From NCBI GenBank assembly GCA_951406725.2, contig OX597838.1, positions 6,758,001 through 6,822,000 of the forward strand: 64,000 nt of DNA, in the 5' to 3' direction. Shown here in pieces: positions 1-14,640 of this stretch. The position numbers and the translations under genes were made by a program. Source of the stretch: Octopus vulgaris. Lineage: Eukaryota. The notes beneath the pieces are model-generated. The model was given only the letters and a program-made list of their open reading frames with translations. It was not told the origin of the DNA and did not search any database. Position 1 is the first letter of the stretch. Every line of letters starts with the position of its first letter.

Positions 1-44
1 CCGGTTAGTTGCATCTTTCTCGTATTTATATAGTCTGGCCTCTC

Positions 45-64
45 TATCTATCTATCTTCCTGTC

Positions 65-148
<84 letters not shown>

Positions 149-236
149 CATACACATATTAAAGGCGGTGCTCCAGCATGGCCGCAGTCAAATGACTGAA
201 ACAAGTAAAAGAGTAAAAAGAGTATAGTTATATAAA

Positions 237-295
<59 letters not shown>
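45..295. repeat. (ATCT)n/(AT)n microsatellite cluster
   Basis: Direct reading; it explains the IYIY/LSIY ORFs. Confidence 0.95.
161..224 (+). mobile_element. 3' stub of SINE family B
   Basis: AAAGGCGGTGCTCCAGCATGGCCGCAGTCAAATGACTGAAACAAGTAAAAGAG matches the reverse complement of 25661-25720 and 61299-61360. Confidence 0.85.
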
Positions 296-296
<1 letters not shown>

Positions 297-547
297 AACT
301 CTCACGTACGCACGTGCTCACCCACACGCACTCATACACACACACAAACACACGGACAAAACGCACATATACATGTTTTACATAGCGACCAGATATATAT
401 AATTCAAAATCCAGTTTGAGGAATTTTTTTTGATGCAATTCTCAGAAAGCGATGTCATTATACTCTTTGTCAGTTTCGCACCATGTAGATATTTTGGATT
501 CAGTTATTTGCTATAAAAAATCTTTTCTTACCATTGAGTTATTTTAG

Positions 548-600
<53 letters not shown>

Positions 601-1268
601 CGTATCGCGTTTTCCCGATTTCTAATTTGCTTTCTTTTGTCCCTTTTTTCCAAGTCAGTTATCAGTTTTGTATTTGTTTAATCATTGAGGACAGAAGACA
701 GGGTTGTCGAATGTTGGTCTATTGTTGATTCTTCAATGAATTCTTCAGTTTTCTTTAGCAAATGTCTTTGTAGGCTTACCGTATTTATAATACAATAGTT
801 ATCTTACTTCCATAATACATGTTATTGAGTTTCTAGTCGAGATAAATATAAACTTTTTCATGTATAATTCAGTGTGATAAGTTTGACTAACTGTAGGCAT
901 AATTTTATCTTGCTTTACCCATGGGTCTTGTAAAGTAATTATTTGGCTGGAGCAGGCATATTGATGACTGTTACCTTACTATTCATTTTTTCTTTTAGCT
1001 TTTCTGCATGTATTCGGACCCGATTTTAACATTCACGAAGGATGTTCTTTATAAAACATGTATCTGTTTTATCTGTATCCAGCCTGCAATATTGGATTAT
1101 AATTTTTTTTTCTAACGTTTATCTGATGCATTTTATTGAAGCGAATTACCTGACAAATCCTTTACTAAATCTGTTCATTCGTTGCAGAATTGTCTATAAG
1201 TTTTCAAATGCCAGGTTTTGAAGGAAGGGGCAATGTCCGTGCCCTTCACAGACCCTTGTAGACCAGTT

Positions 1269-1349
1269 GGCGGCGAGCTAGCAGAATCGTTAGCACGCCG
1301 GGCGAAATGCGTGGCCGCATTTCGCCTGCCGTTAGGTTCTGAGTTCAAA
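1269..1349 (+). mobile_element. 5' fragment of tRNA-headed SINE family A
   Basis: GGCGGCGAGCTAGCAGAATCGTTAGC...GAGTTCAAA: A-box and B-box like motifs, same head as 3712, 50585 and 55314. Confidence 0.85.
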
Positions 1350-3711
1350 ACCCTCATTTAGATTTTAATATATATTACGTGTTCGAAAACTTCCTTGGTC
1401 TCGACGCTGACAACAATACTCTCGTCCCTAAATGATTGAATTTTAAAGGGGCCGAAACTGTACAAAAGGCCGAGTACCGATGAGTGTTTTATTCTGAATA
1501 CGACTAAAATTGCATAGCTTGATAGGTTACATTAGGTCAGATCATATTATTGACGGCTGAATCGTACAAGTGTGTTTGTGGAATGCCTACGTTTTTGTGT
1601 TTACTTGTATTTAGGTTAACTTGTGTTTTTCCATAACCCTGTGGAATTGGAAAACTCCTTAAAGTCCCGATTTGTCATTTTAATCGAAGCGACTACAAAA
1701 TTTTAGGGATGTGTTTAGAGTCGATGAAATCAAATTAATTGAAGATCCTTTCATCTGGTCGATTACATTGATAAAGCTAGAACCTTAATCAAACAGAATT
1801 CACACCCAACGGGTTTTTTTTTTCTTCAATATATTTTAAACACAGACTGGATGATGCATTCCTAGATTCCATCTTCTTGTTAAAAAAAGCAGACATGTGT
1901 ATCAAGATTGGAATGTTTTTCATCACATGTCTGCTCGACCGGAACTACCCAAGGGCTAAACTAGGAAAACAACAATGAGAAAAGCAACAAAAACCACGGC
2001 TGCGACGACGATTGCGCAAAAACAACCAACAACACTGATAATAAAAATAAACGACTGCTTGTATTTATATTGTTTTCCATAAATGGATGAAAGAGATCAT
2101 CAACCACGGTGATATTTGACTTCAGAACGGAAAAGGGACATAACGAATTATAGTAATGCATTTAGTCCGGCGCTATTGCGGCTCCTACCATTTTCACCGC
2201 CTTTCCAACGGCAACAAAAGAAACGATCCTCATCATATCTGTTAATCGGGTTTTCGATTCTTTTTTTTTTATTACGTATTGTTTTTTTCTTTTAGTTTTC
2301 AACTCTTTGTTTTAAGAAGAACGTTGTAAACATGATTGTGCACATAAATCAATTGAACCGGTATAAAAACATGTCAAAACAATGGCCTTTTCTTCCCACA
2401 CAGATCCCAACTCCATTCATGTTAACCAACAATATTTGAACTGTCATCTTTATCGTTCTATAGCCTCCGCCATATTTCTGAATATCTCCACAACGACAGA
2501 CCACTATTCACGCTAACACCACCACTAACGCCAGCCAGCAACCACACCGACACCATTAACCAAAACTTACGCCAATCCACACGCCAAAATCCTATGCCAT
2601 AATGCAAAATATCCATTCTAGAATATTCGGTTATTTATTGTCGCCATCTTTTGTTCAAGAATATAAAAGGAAAATAAGGGGATGAACGAGAAAAAAAAAA
2701 TGTAATAGAAAAAAAAAAGGGATGGATTAAAAATTAAGGGATCGTTTTTGAAAGGTTTGGAGCGGCGGGTGGGTGGGGCGTTGTGGGGTGGCGAGGCAGA
2801 AATGCGTTGTTTGTGATTGTTATTGTTATTGATTTTGTTTTGTTAAATCACAAAAATCGATCATTTCGTCATAAACAACCAATTGATTACTGCACGATAT
2901 TGCAAATCATAATTTGTATCAGCTCCGAACAACAACAAATCACGTATGCATAAATTAAGAACCAGCTCCCAATCCCTCACCCGAAACATTTTTACACTTT
3001 TCGCAGCAACTCCCCCGATCTCCGGCTCCTATATGAAAGGCGTCGGCAAAAGCTTGCTTCGTGTTCATGAAGAAAATTAATAAAATATGTTTATTATACG
3101 ATGCTGTGGATTTTCTTTTCTCTCTCTCTTTTGTTTTTAGTTTGTTTGTTTTTTTTTTACCTCCTTTTTGTTATCATACAGCTTTATCTAAAACTATTGG
3201 TTGTTTCAAAATGTATGGATGGAACGGTTCGGGAGTGGAGGTCTATTTAGGATGCAAAGATTATTCTCTATTTGATAAAACTGTTTTATGTAACGTTATA
3301 TTTTGAGGTTTGTGGGTTTGTGTTGTTAATAAGGTTTTGTCTCTCTCTCAATAACAACATTAATAGAAACTTTTATTTCATCTTATCACTTTTATAGTCT
3401 CTCGTCTTTCTTTTCTTATTTTCATTCTTCCTCCTCTTTTCCTTCTTATTCTTCTTTCACTATATTTTCTCTTTCTCTTCATTATTGCTCATAATTAATA
3501 TTAACATGATTATTATTAATAATGGACAGACAGTGGAATATGTGGTAGATCTCCGTATAAGATGCATTTAAACTATACTGTCATTAGCTACATCGACGAG
3601 TTCGATTCACACCAAAGTCCAAATTGCCGTTGTACACTTCACGGCTGATAAAATAGTAAACATGCAAATACTCGGATCAATTTCATCGGCAATATCTCCT
3701 GATCCCTCCAA

Positions 3712-4279
3712 GGCGGCGAGCTGGCAGAAACGTTAGCACACCAGACGAAATGCTTAGCGGTATTTCGTCTGCCGTTACGTTCTGAGCTCAAATTCCGCTG
3801 AGGTCGATTTTGCCATTCACCTTTCGGGGTCGATTAAATAAGTACCACTTACGCACTGGGGTCGATATAATCGACTTAATCCGTTTGTCTGTCCTTGTTT
3901 GTCCTCTCTCTGTTTAACCCCTAGTGGGTAGTAAAGAAATAGGTACTTCGTCTGTCGTTACGTTCTGAGCTCAAATTCCGCTAAGGTCTACTTTGCCTTT
4001 CACCTTTCGGGGTCGAAAAATAAGTACCAGTTACGCACTGGGGTCGATATAATCGACTTAGTTCATGTGTCTGTCCTTGTTTGTTCTCTCTATGTTTAGC
4101 CCCTTGTGGGCAATAAAGAAATAGGTACTTAGTCTGCCGTTACGTTCTGAGCTCAGATTCCACCGAGGTCGACTTTGCCTTTCCGGGTCGATAAATTAAG
4201 TACCAGTTACTAACTGGGGTCGAGCTAATCGACTGTCTCCCACCCGAAAACATTTCGGGCCTTGTGCCTAGAGTGGAGA
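3712..4279 (+). mobile_element. Tandem trimer of SINE family A
   Basis: One head followed by three repeats of CGTTCTGAGCTCAAATTCC..GAGGTCGACTTTGCCTTT..GGGGTCGA..AAGTACCAG..CTGGGGTCGA (units start near 3760, 3942 and 4123). Confidence 0.9.
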
Positions 4280-4575
4280 CGGACGAAATATCGGTACACA
4301 TTTCGTCCGGCATGCTAACAGTTTAGCCAACTCGTCGCATTACAACAATAATAATAAAAATGAATTTTTCTACTAATGGCAGAAGACCTGGAATTTTGTG
4401 GTTCGGGTCGGGGGGGGGGGGGACTAGTCGATTACATAGACCCCACAGTTTTACTGGTACTTAATTTATGAACCTCACAAAAGGATGAAACTTAAAGTCG
4501 ATCTCGGTGTAATTTGGACAGAGAACATGAAGACGGGCGAAATACTGCTGAGCAATTTCTCGGCCGGCGGATATT
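4280..4575 (-). mobile_element. Two degraded SINE family A fragments
   Basis: Reverse-complement matches to the family A head (4280-4340) and body (4368-4575). Confidence 0.7.
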
Positions 4576-4725
4576 GATAATAATCGATGACGACGAATAT
4601 ATGATGACCGTGATGGCGATGACAACGAGCGGGACGATCGTTATGAAGTTGTTGTTGCGAAGTTCAGGGTGATGATGATGATGATGTCGACGGCGATGAC
4701 GACGTCCATGATGATAAACAACTAC

Positions 4726-4730
<5 letters not shown>

Positions 4731-4779
<49 letters not shown>

Positions 4780-4802
4780 CTTGCACAACAAATATATAAA
4801 TG

Positions 4803-4833
<31 letters not shown>

Positions 4834-4920
4834 TATATATATATGCGATTTCTGTTGCGGCTGATGATGATGATGATAATGATGATAATAATCATGATAA
4901 TAAAGATAATAATGATGATG

Positions 4921-4993
<73 letters not shown>

Positions 4994-5010
4994 TAATAAT
5001 AGTAATAATG

Positions 5011-5093
<83 letters not shown>

Positions 5094-5398
5094 TATAATA
5101 ATGATAATAATAATAGTTCTGGTGATGAATCTTAAAAATCCTGTTCGCACAATTATTGCTACAATGAAATGAATGTGTTCATGACAGCGTGATTTTAATC
5201 CGAGATAAATTCTATGAAAGTTTCCGCATGATTAGTTTTGTAATGGAGAAAGATATAACACACACACACACACAAACAGACACGCACACAGGTAGAGGAA
5301 CACGCGCACTCATTGCATACATATGCGCGCGTTCGAAAGCTCGCACACTCATGTACGGACGCATACAAACGTGCACATGCATATACAAAAACAATAAC

Positions 5399-5440
<42 letters not shown>

Positions 5441-5539
5441 TATAATAATGATAATAATAATAATAATAATAATATTAATAATAATAATAATAATAAAAAT
5501 AATGATAATAATAATAGTAATAATAATAATACTAATAAT

Positions 5540-5610
<71 letters not shown>

Positions 5611-5630
5611 TAATAATAATAATAATAAAT
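4731..5630. repeat. (AT)n, (AAT)n/(GAT)n and (CA)n microsatellite block
   Basis: Direct reading. Confidence 0.95.
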
Positions 5631-5949
5631 TATTGTGGTCCTTGTAAATAGAAGGGTGGTTTATACAGAGGTATGTAGGGCATTTGTGGAGGTTGGGTAA
5701 GAGGGAGACAGAGAGAGAGTGTGTGTGTGTAGAGATACAGATGGGGTGGTATAGAGAGAGAAGAAGAGGAGTCGATAGAGAGGGAGAGATAGAGAGAAGA
5801 ATTTATACCTGATGGGTGTGGTTAATGGTAGGTGGTACGATAAAAGAATTTTCAGGCAAAGTTGAGAGAAAGAGGGAGAGTGAGAGAGAGAAGGAAACAA
5901 AGAGAGAGAGAGAGAGAGAGAGAGAGAACAGTGTAATGGTGTTGTTTGA

Positions 5950-6214
5950 AATGATGATGGTGATGATTATGATGATCCTAGTCGTGGTGGTGAGGATGAT
6001 GATACTGCTGCTGCTGCTTTTGTTTGTTGAGCGAAGCGGACTTCGTCCCAGAGTGGGAGGATTCCGAAACGTTGTACTTAACTATTCGTAGATACCCGTA
6101 GAAGAGAAAGCAGGTCAAGCCCCGACGGCGAGGGCATCCAGGCTCAGCGGTTGCGTAGGAAGTGGGGGTGCTGCTGTGCTTATCTTGATAAGTCACGACA
6201 ACGACGTCGACGAA

Positions 6215-6246
<32 letters not shown>

Positions 6247-7499
6247 CGACGGTGATGGTGATAGTGTTTATGATGGCCATGGTGATGCCGATGATGTTGA
6301 CGATATTGATGATGATTTTGATGACGACGGTAATGATGATGGTGATGATGATGATGATGGTGATGATGATGGTGATGATGATGATGATCATGATGACGAT
6401 GTTGTTGATGGTAATGAAGAAGCTGCTGCTGCTGATGATGATGGTGATGATAATGATGGTGATGATGATGAACATGATGATGACGACGACGTCGACAATG
6501 ATGATAATAATGATGATGATGATGATAATGAATATGATAATGATGATGGTGATGATGATGATGACGACGATGATGATGATGACGATAATGATGGTGACGA
6601 TAATGATGATGATGATGACGACGATGATGATGACGACTTCGACGACGACGACGACGACGATGATGATGATGATTTCGACACTGATGATGGGGATGATGTT
6701 CATGTTCCTGGTGATGATAATGTTAATGCTAACGACAACGAGGATCAGAAATGTTGAGGAATTTATTAATTGTGGCAAACACCGCAATTGTATGAGTTTC
6801 CATGGACAATTTTAAAGAAACAATAGGAAGGGGTGGGCCTGGGAGGCTTGTACGTGTTTGAGTAAGGGTTTGTAAGGTGCGATTTCGGCAACAATAAAAA
6901 GGGGGTTTACAATAGCGGTAGGAGGCGTAATATAAGGGGTTTTCTGCTGGTTTAATTGCTATTTTGTTTCAAGTTCGTTTCAAAATAAGCAAAAACGCAA
7001 CAAGAATTTTGTAAATATCGAGAAAAACGATTTTTATTAAAGATGGAAATTAATGCTGCTGCGGCTGCTACTGCTGCTACTGCGGCAGGTGATAGTGTTG
7101 ATGGTGGTGGTGGTGGTGGTGTTGTTGTTGTGTGGTGGTGGTGGTGAAGGTGGTGGAGTTTGAGGCAGTGGTGATGGATGCTGAGGTGATGGTGGTGATG
7201 ATGATGGTGGTTGTGCTGGTCGCGGTGATGATGTCAATGGTGAGGATGATGCTGGCGACGATGACGATGACGATGACGATGAGGATAATGATGATGATGA
7301 TGATAATGATGATGATGATGAGGGCCACGAAGAAGAAGAGTATGAGGTGGAGCATCTTGATGATGACGACGACTACTGCAATGATGATGATGCTTTTGTT
7401 GACGATGATGATGATGACGGCGACGACGACGACGACGACGGCGATAACGATTTCTCATTTCTCACATTGGCACATTGGTGGTGGTGGTGGTGGTGTTTG

Positions 7500-7530
<31 letters not shown>

Positions 7531-8030
7531 AATTGTGATGGTGGTGGTGGTGTTGATGATGTTGATGATGATGATGAGGGCCTCGAAGAAAAGTATTGGG
7601 TGGAGCAGCTTGATGACGACGACGACGACTACTGCAATGATGATGATGATGTTGTTGTTGACGATGATGATGATAATGATGATGATGATGATGATGGAGG
7701 GGTGACGTTGATGATGATGATCATGATGATGATCATGATGAAGATTTTATTCGTATTGCCAGTGCTGCTGCAGATGACAATGTTTAGAATGTTGAGGAGG
7801 CATTCGTGGTGGTGATGGTGATGATGGCTGTCAGAGGTGGTGGTGGCAGTGACGGTGGTGGTAGTGGTGGCAGTGACGGTGGTGGTAGTGGTGGTGGTGA
7901 TGGTAGTGGTGGTGGTGATTATGGTGGTGGTTGCAGTTGTGGCAGTGGTGGTGGTCCCGGTGATGGTGCTGCGGCTACTGTTGCAACTGCAGCTTCGGCT
8001 GCTGCTACGGCTCCTGCTGCTGCTGCAGGT
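5950..8030. repeat. Compound trinucleotide tract (GAT/GAC/GGT/GCT) with short unique spacers
   Basis: Direct reading; source of the poly-D, poly-M, poly-S and poly-H ORFs. Confidence 0.9.
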
Positions 8031-8239
8031 GCTAATGGAAATGAGATGCATCTGAATGGCTATGATCTGTAGTTATTCTTTGATGTTCAGGTGTCTTAAG
8101 GACTTCCCCATCCGAACAGAATATCAAATAGCATTCTGCTTCGGCTTCATTCTGTCTCTTTTGCTGAACCGCTGAGTCACGCCGAGGTACATAAACCAAC
8201 TCCTGCGGTCAGCAAATTGTGGCGGACGAATACAAGCAT

Positions 8240-8690
8240 ATAAATAGAAGAACGCACACACACACACACATGCACGCTCACAGACATACACTTACAAACA
8301 TATAAACATACACACATACAAACATATAAACAGAAGCACACGCATACATACAAGCATATAAAGAACACACATACACGCTCATACACATAAAAACACACAC
8401 ACATACAAGCATATAAACAGAAGCATACGGACATACACGCTCACACACATATAAACACACTTCACATACATGCACACGCTCACACAGATATAAATATATA
8501 CACACACGTACACGCATATAAATTAACACATAAACACACATACACATACTCACACATACAGCCACACACGTACACACGTACTCGCACATATACACACTCA
8601 CACATACATTCACATAAATACTGTACATACATTCACACATACAGTCACATGAATACATTCACACACATACACACATACACACACATTTAT
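8240..8690. repeat. Degenerate (CA)n/(CATA)n tract
   Basis: Direct reading. Confidence 0.9.
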
Positions 8691-8897
8691 GCTTGTTTTC
8701 TTTAATGTTTTAGTAAAAATACAATCGGACATTAATTTGAAGAATTATTCAATTCGTTTCGCAAAAATTTATTCTTCTTTAACAAGATTAGCACTGACAA
8801 TGAATTCGAAGTTTGGAACAGTCAACGATGGGTTAGCTAGTCCGAAACTTCGAAATCACAATCAATTCTATTCTTGGTAAATAATACTCTCTCCCCT

Positions 8898-8954
<57 letters not shown>

Positions 8955-8957
<3 letters not shown>

Positions 8958-9074
8958 CACCGTGATCACCGTGACCGACCAGGCTATCAGATGTTGCTAC
9001 ACATCGCTGGTGACTATGCGTTTCGCATTGTTTTAATCCTTTAAATGACGCCATCCCGCTGGCTAAGCGAGCAG

Positions 9075-9078
<4 letters not shown>
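8955..9078. mobile_element. Short GC-richer insert within (AT)n, probably a truncated retroposon end
   Basis: About 120 bp of complex sequence starting with the duplicated motif ATCACCGTG-ATCACCGTG, flanked on both sides by (AT)n. Confidence 0.5.
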
Positions 9079-9375
<297 letters not shown>

Positions 9376-9385
9376 GGTAGACATG

Positions 9386-9524
9386 TACTTTCTGTTTCCC
9401 AGGTATCTAATCACAATGCTTTGGACGATGCCATAGTTGAAGATAGTTGGCCAAAGTGCCGCGCAATGGGACTGAACCCAAGTGCAAGTTGTCGAGAAAT
9501 AAGCTTCTGACCTCAGAGCCACAC
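9386..9524 (-). mobile_element. Degraded 5' part of SINE family B
   Basis: CCAAAGTGCCGCGCAATGGGACTGAACCC resembles 26015-26045. Confidence 0.7.
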
Positions 9525-9594
9525 CAGTTTAATATCATTCTGGAAAGTTCTATCACGAGAGAAAATGCTGTATATTATTAACTGATATCAGTCG

Positions 9595-9800
9595 ATTATG
9601 ACGATGGGCGTTTCAGCGGATGCGACCAGCGGAACAATCTGCTCGTGAAGTAAACGTGCAAGTTTGCTAACTACTCCACAGTCACGTGTGGGAAGCTTAC
9701 TTCCCGATAACCTGTACATGGGTTCAGTTCGACTGTGCGGCACTTTGTCCAAGTATCTTCAATGCTGGCCTCGATGCAACCAAAGCACTGTGAGTAGATA
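9595..9800. mobile_element. SINE C tail fragment (minus, about 9595-9690) abutting a SINE B head fragment (plus, about 9706-9800)
   Basis: CTGCTCGTGAAGTAAACGTGCAAG is the reverse complement of the family C tail; GGGTTCAGTTCGACTGTGCGGCACTTTG matches the family B B-box region. Confidence 0.6.
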
Positions 9801-9838
9801 TCGGCGAGATAAAAGCATTATCTATCTATCTATCTATA

Positions 9839-9873
<35 letters not shown>

Positions 9874-10159
9874 ATGTCTGTCTAGCTAACTAGCACTCCG
9901 TCTGTCTATGTATCTATCTATCCATCTATCTATCTATCCATCTATCTATCTATCTATCTATCTATCCATATATATGTGTGTCTAGCTAACTAGCACTCCA
10001 TCTGTCTATGTATCTATCTATCCATCTATCTACCTCTATATCTATCTATCCATCTATCTATATATTTATCTATTTATCTTTCTATATATCTATCCATCTA
10101 TCAATCTATTATCTACCTCTCAGTGTGACACACAATCTGACACAGCTGGCCCCTTTAAC

Positions 10160-10262
10160 ATACAAGTACTATTTATTTTTGCCAGCTGAGTGGACAGGAG
10201 CAATGTGAAGTGAAGCGTCTTGCTGAAGGACACAACACGTCACCGGGAATTGAACTCACAAA
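10160..10262 (-). mobile_element. SINE family D fragment
   Basis: CAGCTGAGTGGACAGGAGCAATGTGAAGTGAAGCGTCTTGCTGAAGGACACAACACG matches 12627-12685. Confidence 0.75.
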
Positions 10263-10424
10263 CCCTCAAAACATTCACTATTATGAACAAGACTTTTTAA
10301 CGTGACGCCTGCGCTGCGCCAGGAAGTATACATGACTTCGGATAATAGTTTTTTCTCTGTATTAATGCCTCTGTTTACATAGATACGTTATTCCTGTTAT
10401 TTTTACTGATTGCTCTATACTTTT

Positions 10425-10986
10425 CTACTTTAGGAACGAGACCCGGAATTTGTTTTTGGTGGGGGGCAGTCTACTGGTACTTTATTTATCGATCCCGAAA
10501 GATTGAAAGGCAAAATCGACCTCGGGTGAATTTGAACTCAGAAGGTAAAATCTGCTATGCATTTCGCTCGGGTACTAACGTTTCTTCCCCCCCCCCCCAC
10601 ACACTTTTTGGTACTTTAGGCACAACGCTCGAAATTTTGGGGGAGGAGGCCAGTCGGTTAGATCTACCCCAATACGCTACTGGTGCTTAATTTAACGACC
10701 CCGAAAGGATGAAAGGCAAAGTTGACCTTGGCGGAATTTGAACTCAAAACGTAAGGATAAACAAAATACCGCTGAGCATTTCGCCTGGCGTGTTAACGTT
10801 TCTTATTAATCTATTGGCCACAAGGGGCTAAACATAGAGGGGACAAACAAAGTATTAAGTCGATTACATCGTACCTAGTGCGTAACTGGTACTTAATTTA
10901 TCGACCCCGAAAGGATGGAAGGCAAAGTCGACCTCGGCGGAATTTGAACTCAGAACGTAAAGCACTTCGCCCGCCGTGCTAACGTT
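10425..10986 (-). mobile_element. Three adjacent SINE family A copies
   Basis: Three repeats of CTGGTACTT..TTTATCGACCCCGAAAGGATGAAAGGCAAAGTCGACCTCGGCGGAATTTGAACTCAG. Confidence 0.9.
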
Positions 10987-11467
10987 CCCTTCCTTTACTG
11001 ACTGCTATATCGTCAAACTTCTTTGTGCGTGTTTTCTGACAATAAATAACGATTTTTCTTTTTCCGAATTTTTTTCTTTCCTTAAAGTTTGCTGCATTGC
11101 TATCAAAGTTTCTATTTTGTCGTTCTTTATAATGTTTTTTTTTTTATGTTGTGTTGTTATTCTAAATTGAAACTTTTTCCTAGGTGTTATCTCACTTTGT
11201 GTGTGTTGAATGTAAACACAAAATAACATCTTAACAAAAAAAAAAATTGTATAAACTCTAGAAAGAAAATTCCTAATTTTTTTTTTTTTGTAATCGAGAT
11301 ACGTCAGAGAAGTTCTCTGAATGAGATATCAAAAACATACTCTGAAGGAGATTTGAAAAACAAACAACATCATAAAACATAAGATATCATTTAAGGCTTG
11401 CTTATAAAAATAATAGATTCTATAATGAATGGCAACATCGCAAACATTTCCTCGTCAAAAGTACTTC

Positions 11468-11648
<181 letters not shown>

Positions 11649-11948
11649 GGAGCACTAGAAATGATCAAGAAGGGAACCGAAAATTATATGAGAATGATCC
11701 CTGGCTTACCATCCCTGCAAGAAGTGCAAAAGATTGTCTTAACTGGTACATCACACGTATTGAGAAGAGCATTGTCGATGTGAGAACTATTACTACCCAT
11801 GTATTTTAATTTAACTTTAAAAAAAATTAACGAACTATTGAGTTTAGTTTAATGGCCTACAAATGTATACTATGAGTTACTTTGCCCTAGGAGTTGGGAA
11901 GACACTCGGCAAGAAATGGAAGCAAATTTGAAGGAAGAAGAAAAACCC
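11649..11948 (+). mobile_element. 5'-truncated 3' end of an RLE-type (R4/Dong-like) non-LTR retrotransposon
   Basis: Translates GALEMIKKGTENYMRMIPGLPSLQEVQKIVLTGTSHVLRRALSM* (the IGALG...LQK..L.GT..ILR C-terminus of RLE elements), then about 165 bp of 3'UTR; (TAA)n on both sides. Confidence 0.8.
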
Positions 11949-12039
11949 ATAAATAATAATAATATTACTACTAATAATAATAATAATAACAATAATAATA
12001 ATAGTAATAGAGGGTCCAAATTATGCCATAACTGCAGCA

Positions 12040-12176
12040 ATTTTGGAGTCGATTACATTGACCCAACTGTTCAAGTTCAACTGGTATTTTAATCGCCCCC
12101 TAGGCAAAGTTGACCTCGGCAGCATTTGAAATCAGAACGTTCGGCAGACGAAATACCGCGGAATATTTCTCCCGGT
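12040..12176 (-). mobile_element. Degraded SINE family A
   Basis: GGCAAAGTTGACCTCGGCAGCATTTGAAATCAGAACG. Confidence 0.7.
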
Positions 12177-12428
12177 GTAAAAGTAATCTACAAGAATGTT
12201 ATTGTAGAGTGAAAGTGGAAGCTCACGCTAGATATGACAGTCGCAAATTACTGTATACTAATGGAATTGTCACGGATGGAAAGGTAATAAGATCAAATCT
12301 AGTTCAAACATTGAAATTCAACGAAGAAAACACAAGTAAAATTATTCTATATGATATAATTATGATAATGCTTGAAACAGAACATAGAACATAAGGACTA
12401 TGAGGTTATATATAAATATATATATATT

Positions 12429-12762
12429 GAGAACCCCTTCGGTCATGACTGACCATGGGATTGCACCACTTACTCTCTCGGGCAGAAGTGCAGGCAAGGG
12501 TGTTTATGGAAAACAAGCAGTCACCCATGCATACCGGCCTCCCCTCTCCACGTCACCGATGTTGTCCAAGGGAAAGGCAAAGGGGCCGATACAGCTTGGC
12601 ACCTGTGACGTCGCAACTCATTTCTACAGCTGAGTGAACTGGAGCAACGTGAAATAAAGTGTTTTGCTCAAGAACACAACACGCAGCCCGGTCCGGGATT
12701 CGAGCTCATAGCCTCACGATCGCAAGCTCGACGCTCTAACTACTGAGCCACGCTCCTTCACT
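12429..12762 (-). mobile_element. Near full-length tRNA-headed SINE family D
   Basis: Minus strand starts GTGAAGGAGCGTGGCTCAGTAGTTAGAGCGTCG...GAGCTCGAATCCCGG (A and B boxes), followed by a GTGTTCTTGAGCAAAACACTTTATTTC core. Confidence 0.85.
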
Positions 12763-13499
12763 TCTACATACTGAGTACATATTTTGTCACAGTGTCTACA
12801 ACTGTTTTCAGCTGCATTCTGAAGGACATCAGAAGGGGCAGATTAATTACGCAGATGCAGAGATATTACGTAAGTTTCCTTCTCACGCTCTTCACTTCGG
12901 GCACAGACGTCCTTGTCTTTGTAACACATTTCTGTCTCGAAAAGAAATCACAACCCGGTTTATCATATCACAACCTGTTTGTTCGAGAGTAAAATAGTAA
13001 TTGACAAACTGGATTAATCACTTATATCACAGACTTTAACTTCAAAAATTCATCGTTCTTTTTCGCAAAATACCACATTCTGTGAGTTACTGTTGTTATA
13101 TATATATCACCGTTTTTTCTTCTTTCAAAATGTACAAGACAAATATATTTTCTGTAAAAAGAAAAACAATATATATATATATATATATTTTACATGCGCA
13201 ATACCTGGATTCAGTTGAAAAACTAAATTTGATTTCCATTTAAAATAAGAAAAATGTTTTAGTTTTGTTCTTCACTTTGTACATATATTTCTGCTGTTGT
13301 TAGATAATAATAAGAGCGCAAAAAATTGTTTTGTAAAGTCATTTCCCACTTCACAGCATGAAAAGAGGAAAAGAAAACAAAGAAATTCGATTATTTTATA
13401 GAGAATGTACACCAAATATCACAAATATTTCGAAGTCATTTCACTTGATGAAAATAACAAAAACAACGTTAATAAGGTCTAAGCGTGAATACTTCCGGT

Positions 13500-14640
<1,141 letters not shown>

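Noticed and set aside
660-1180. Possible decayed Penelope (GIY-YIG) coding remnant on the minus strand
   Set aside because: Only vague peptide hints (YNP, QPN, IRQP); no diagnostic motif could be read.
6176-6757. 193-aa Asp-rich ORF resembling acidic biomineralisation proteins
   Set aside because: It is a (GAT/GAC)n tract open in several frames, with no signal peptide, no ATG start and no splice evidence.
7806-8072. Gly/Ala-rich ORF
   Set aside because: Derived from (GGT)n/(GCT)n repeats; no supporting gene structure.
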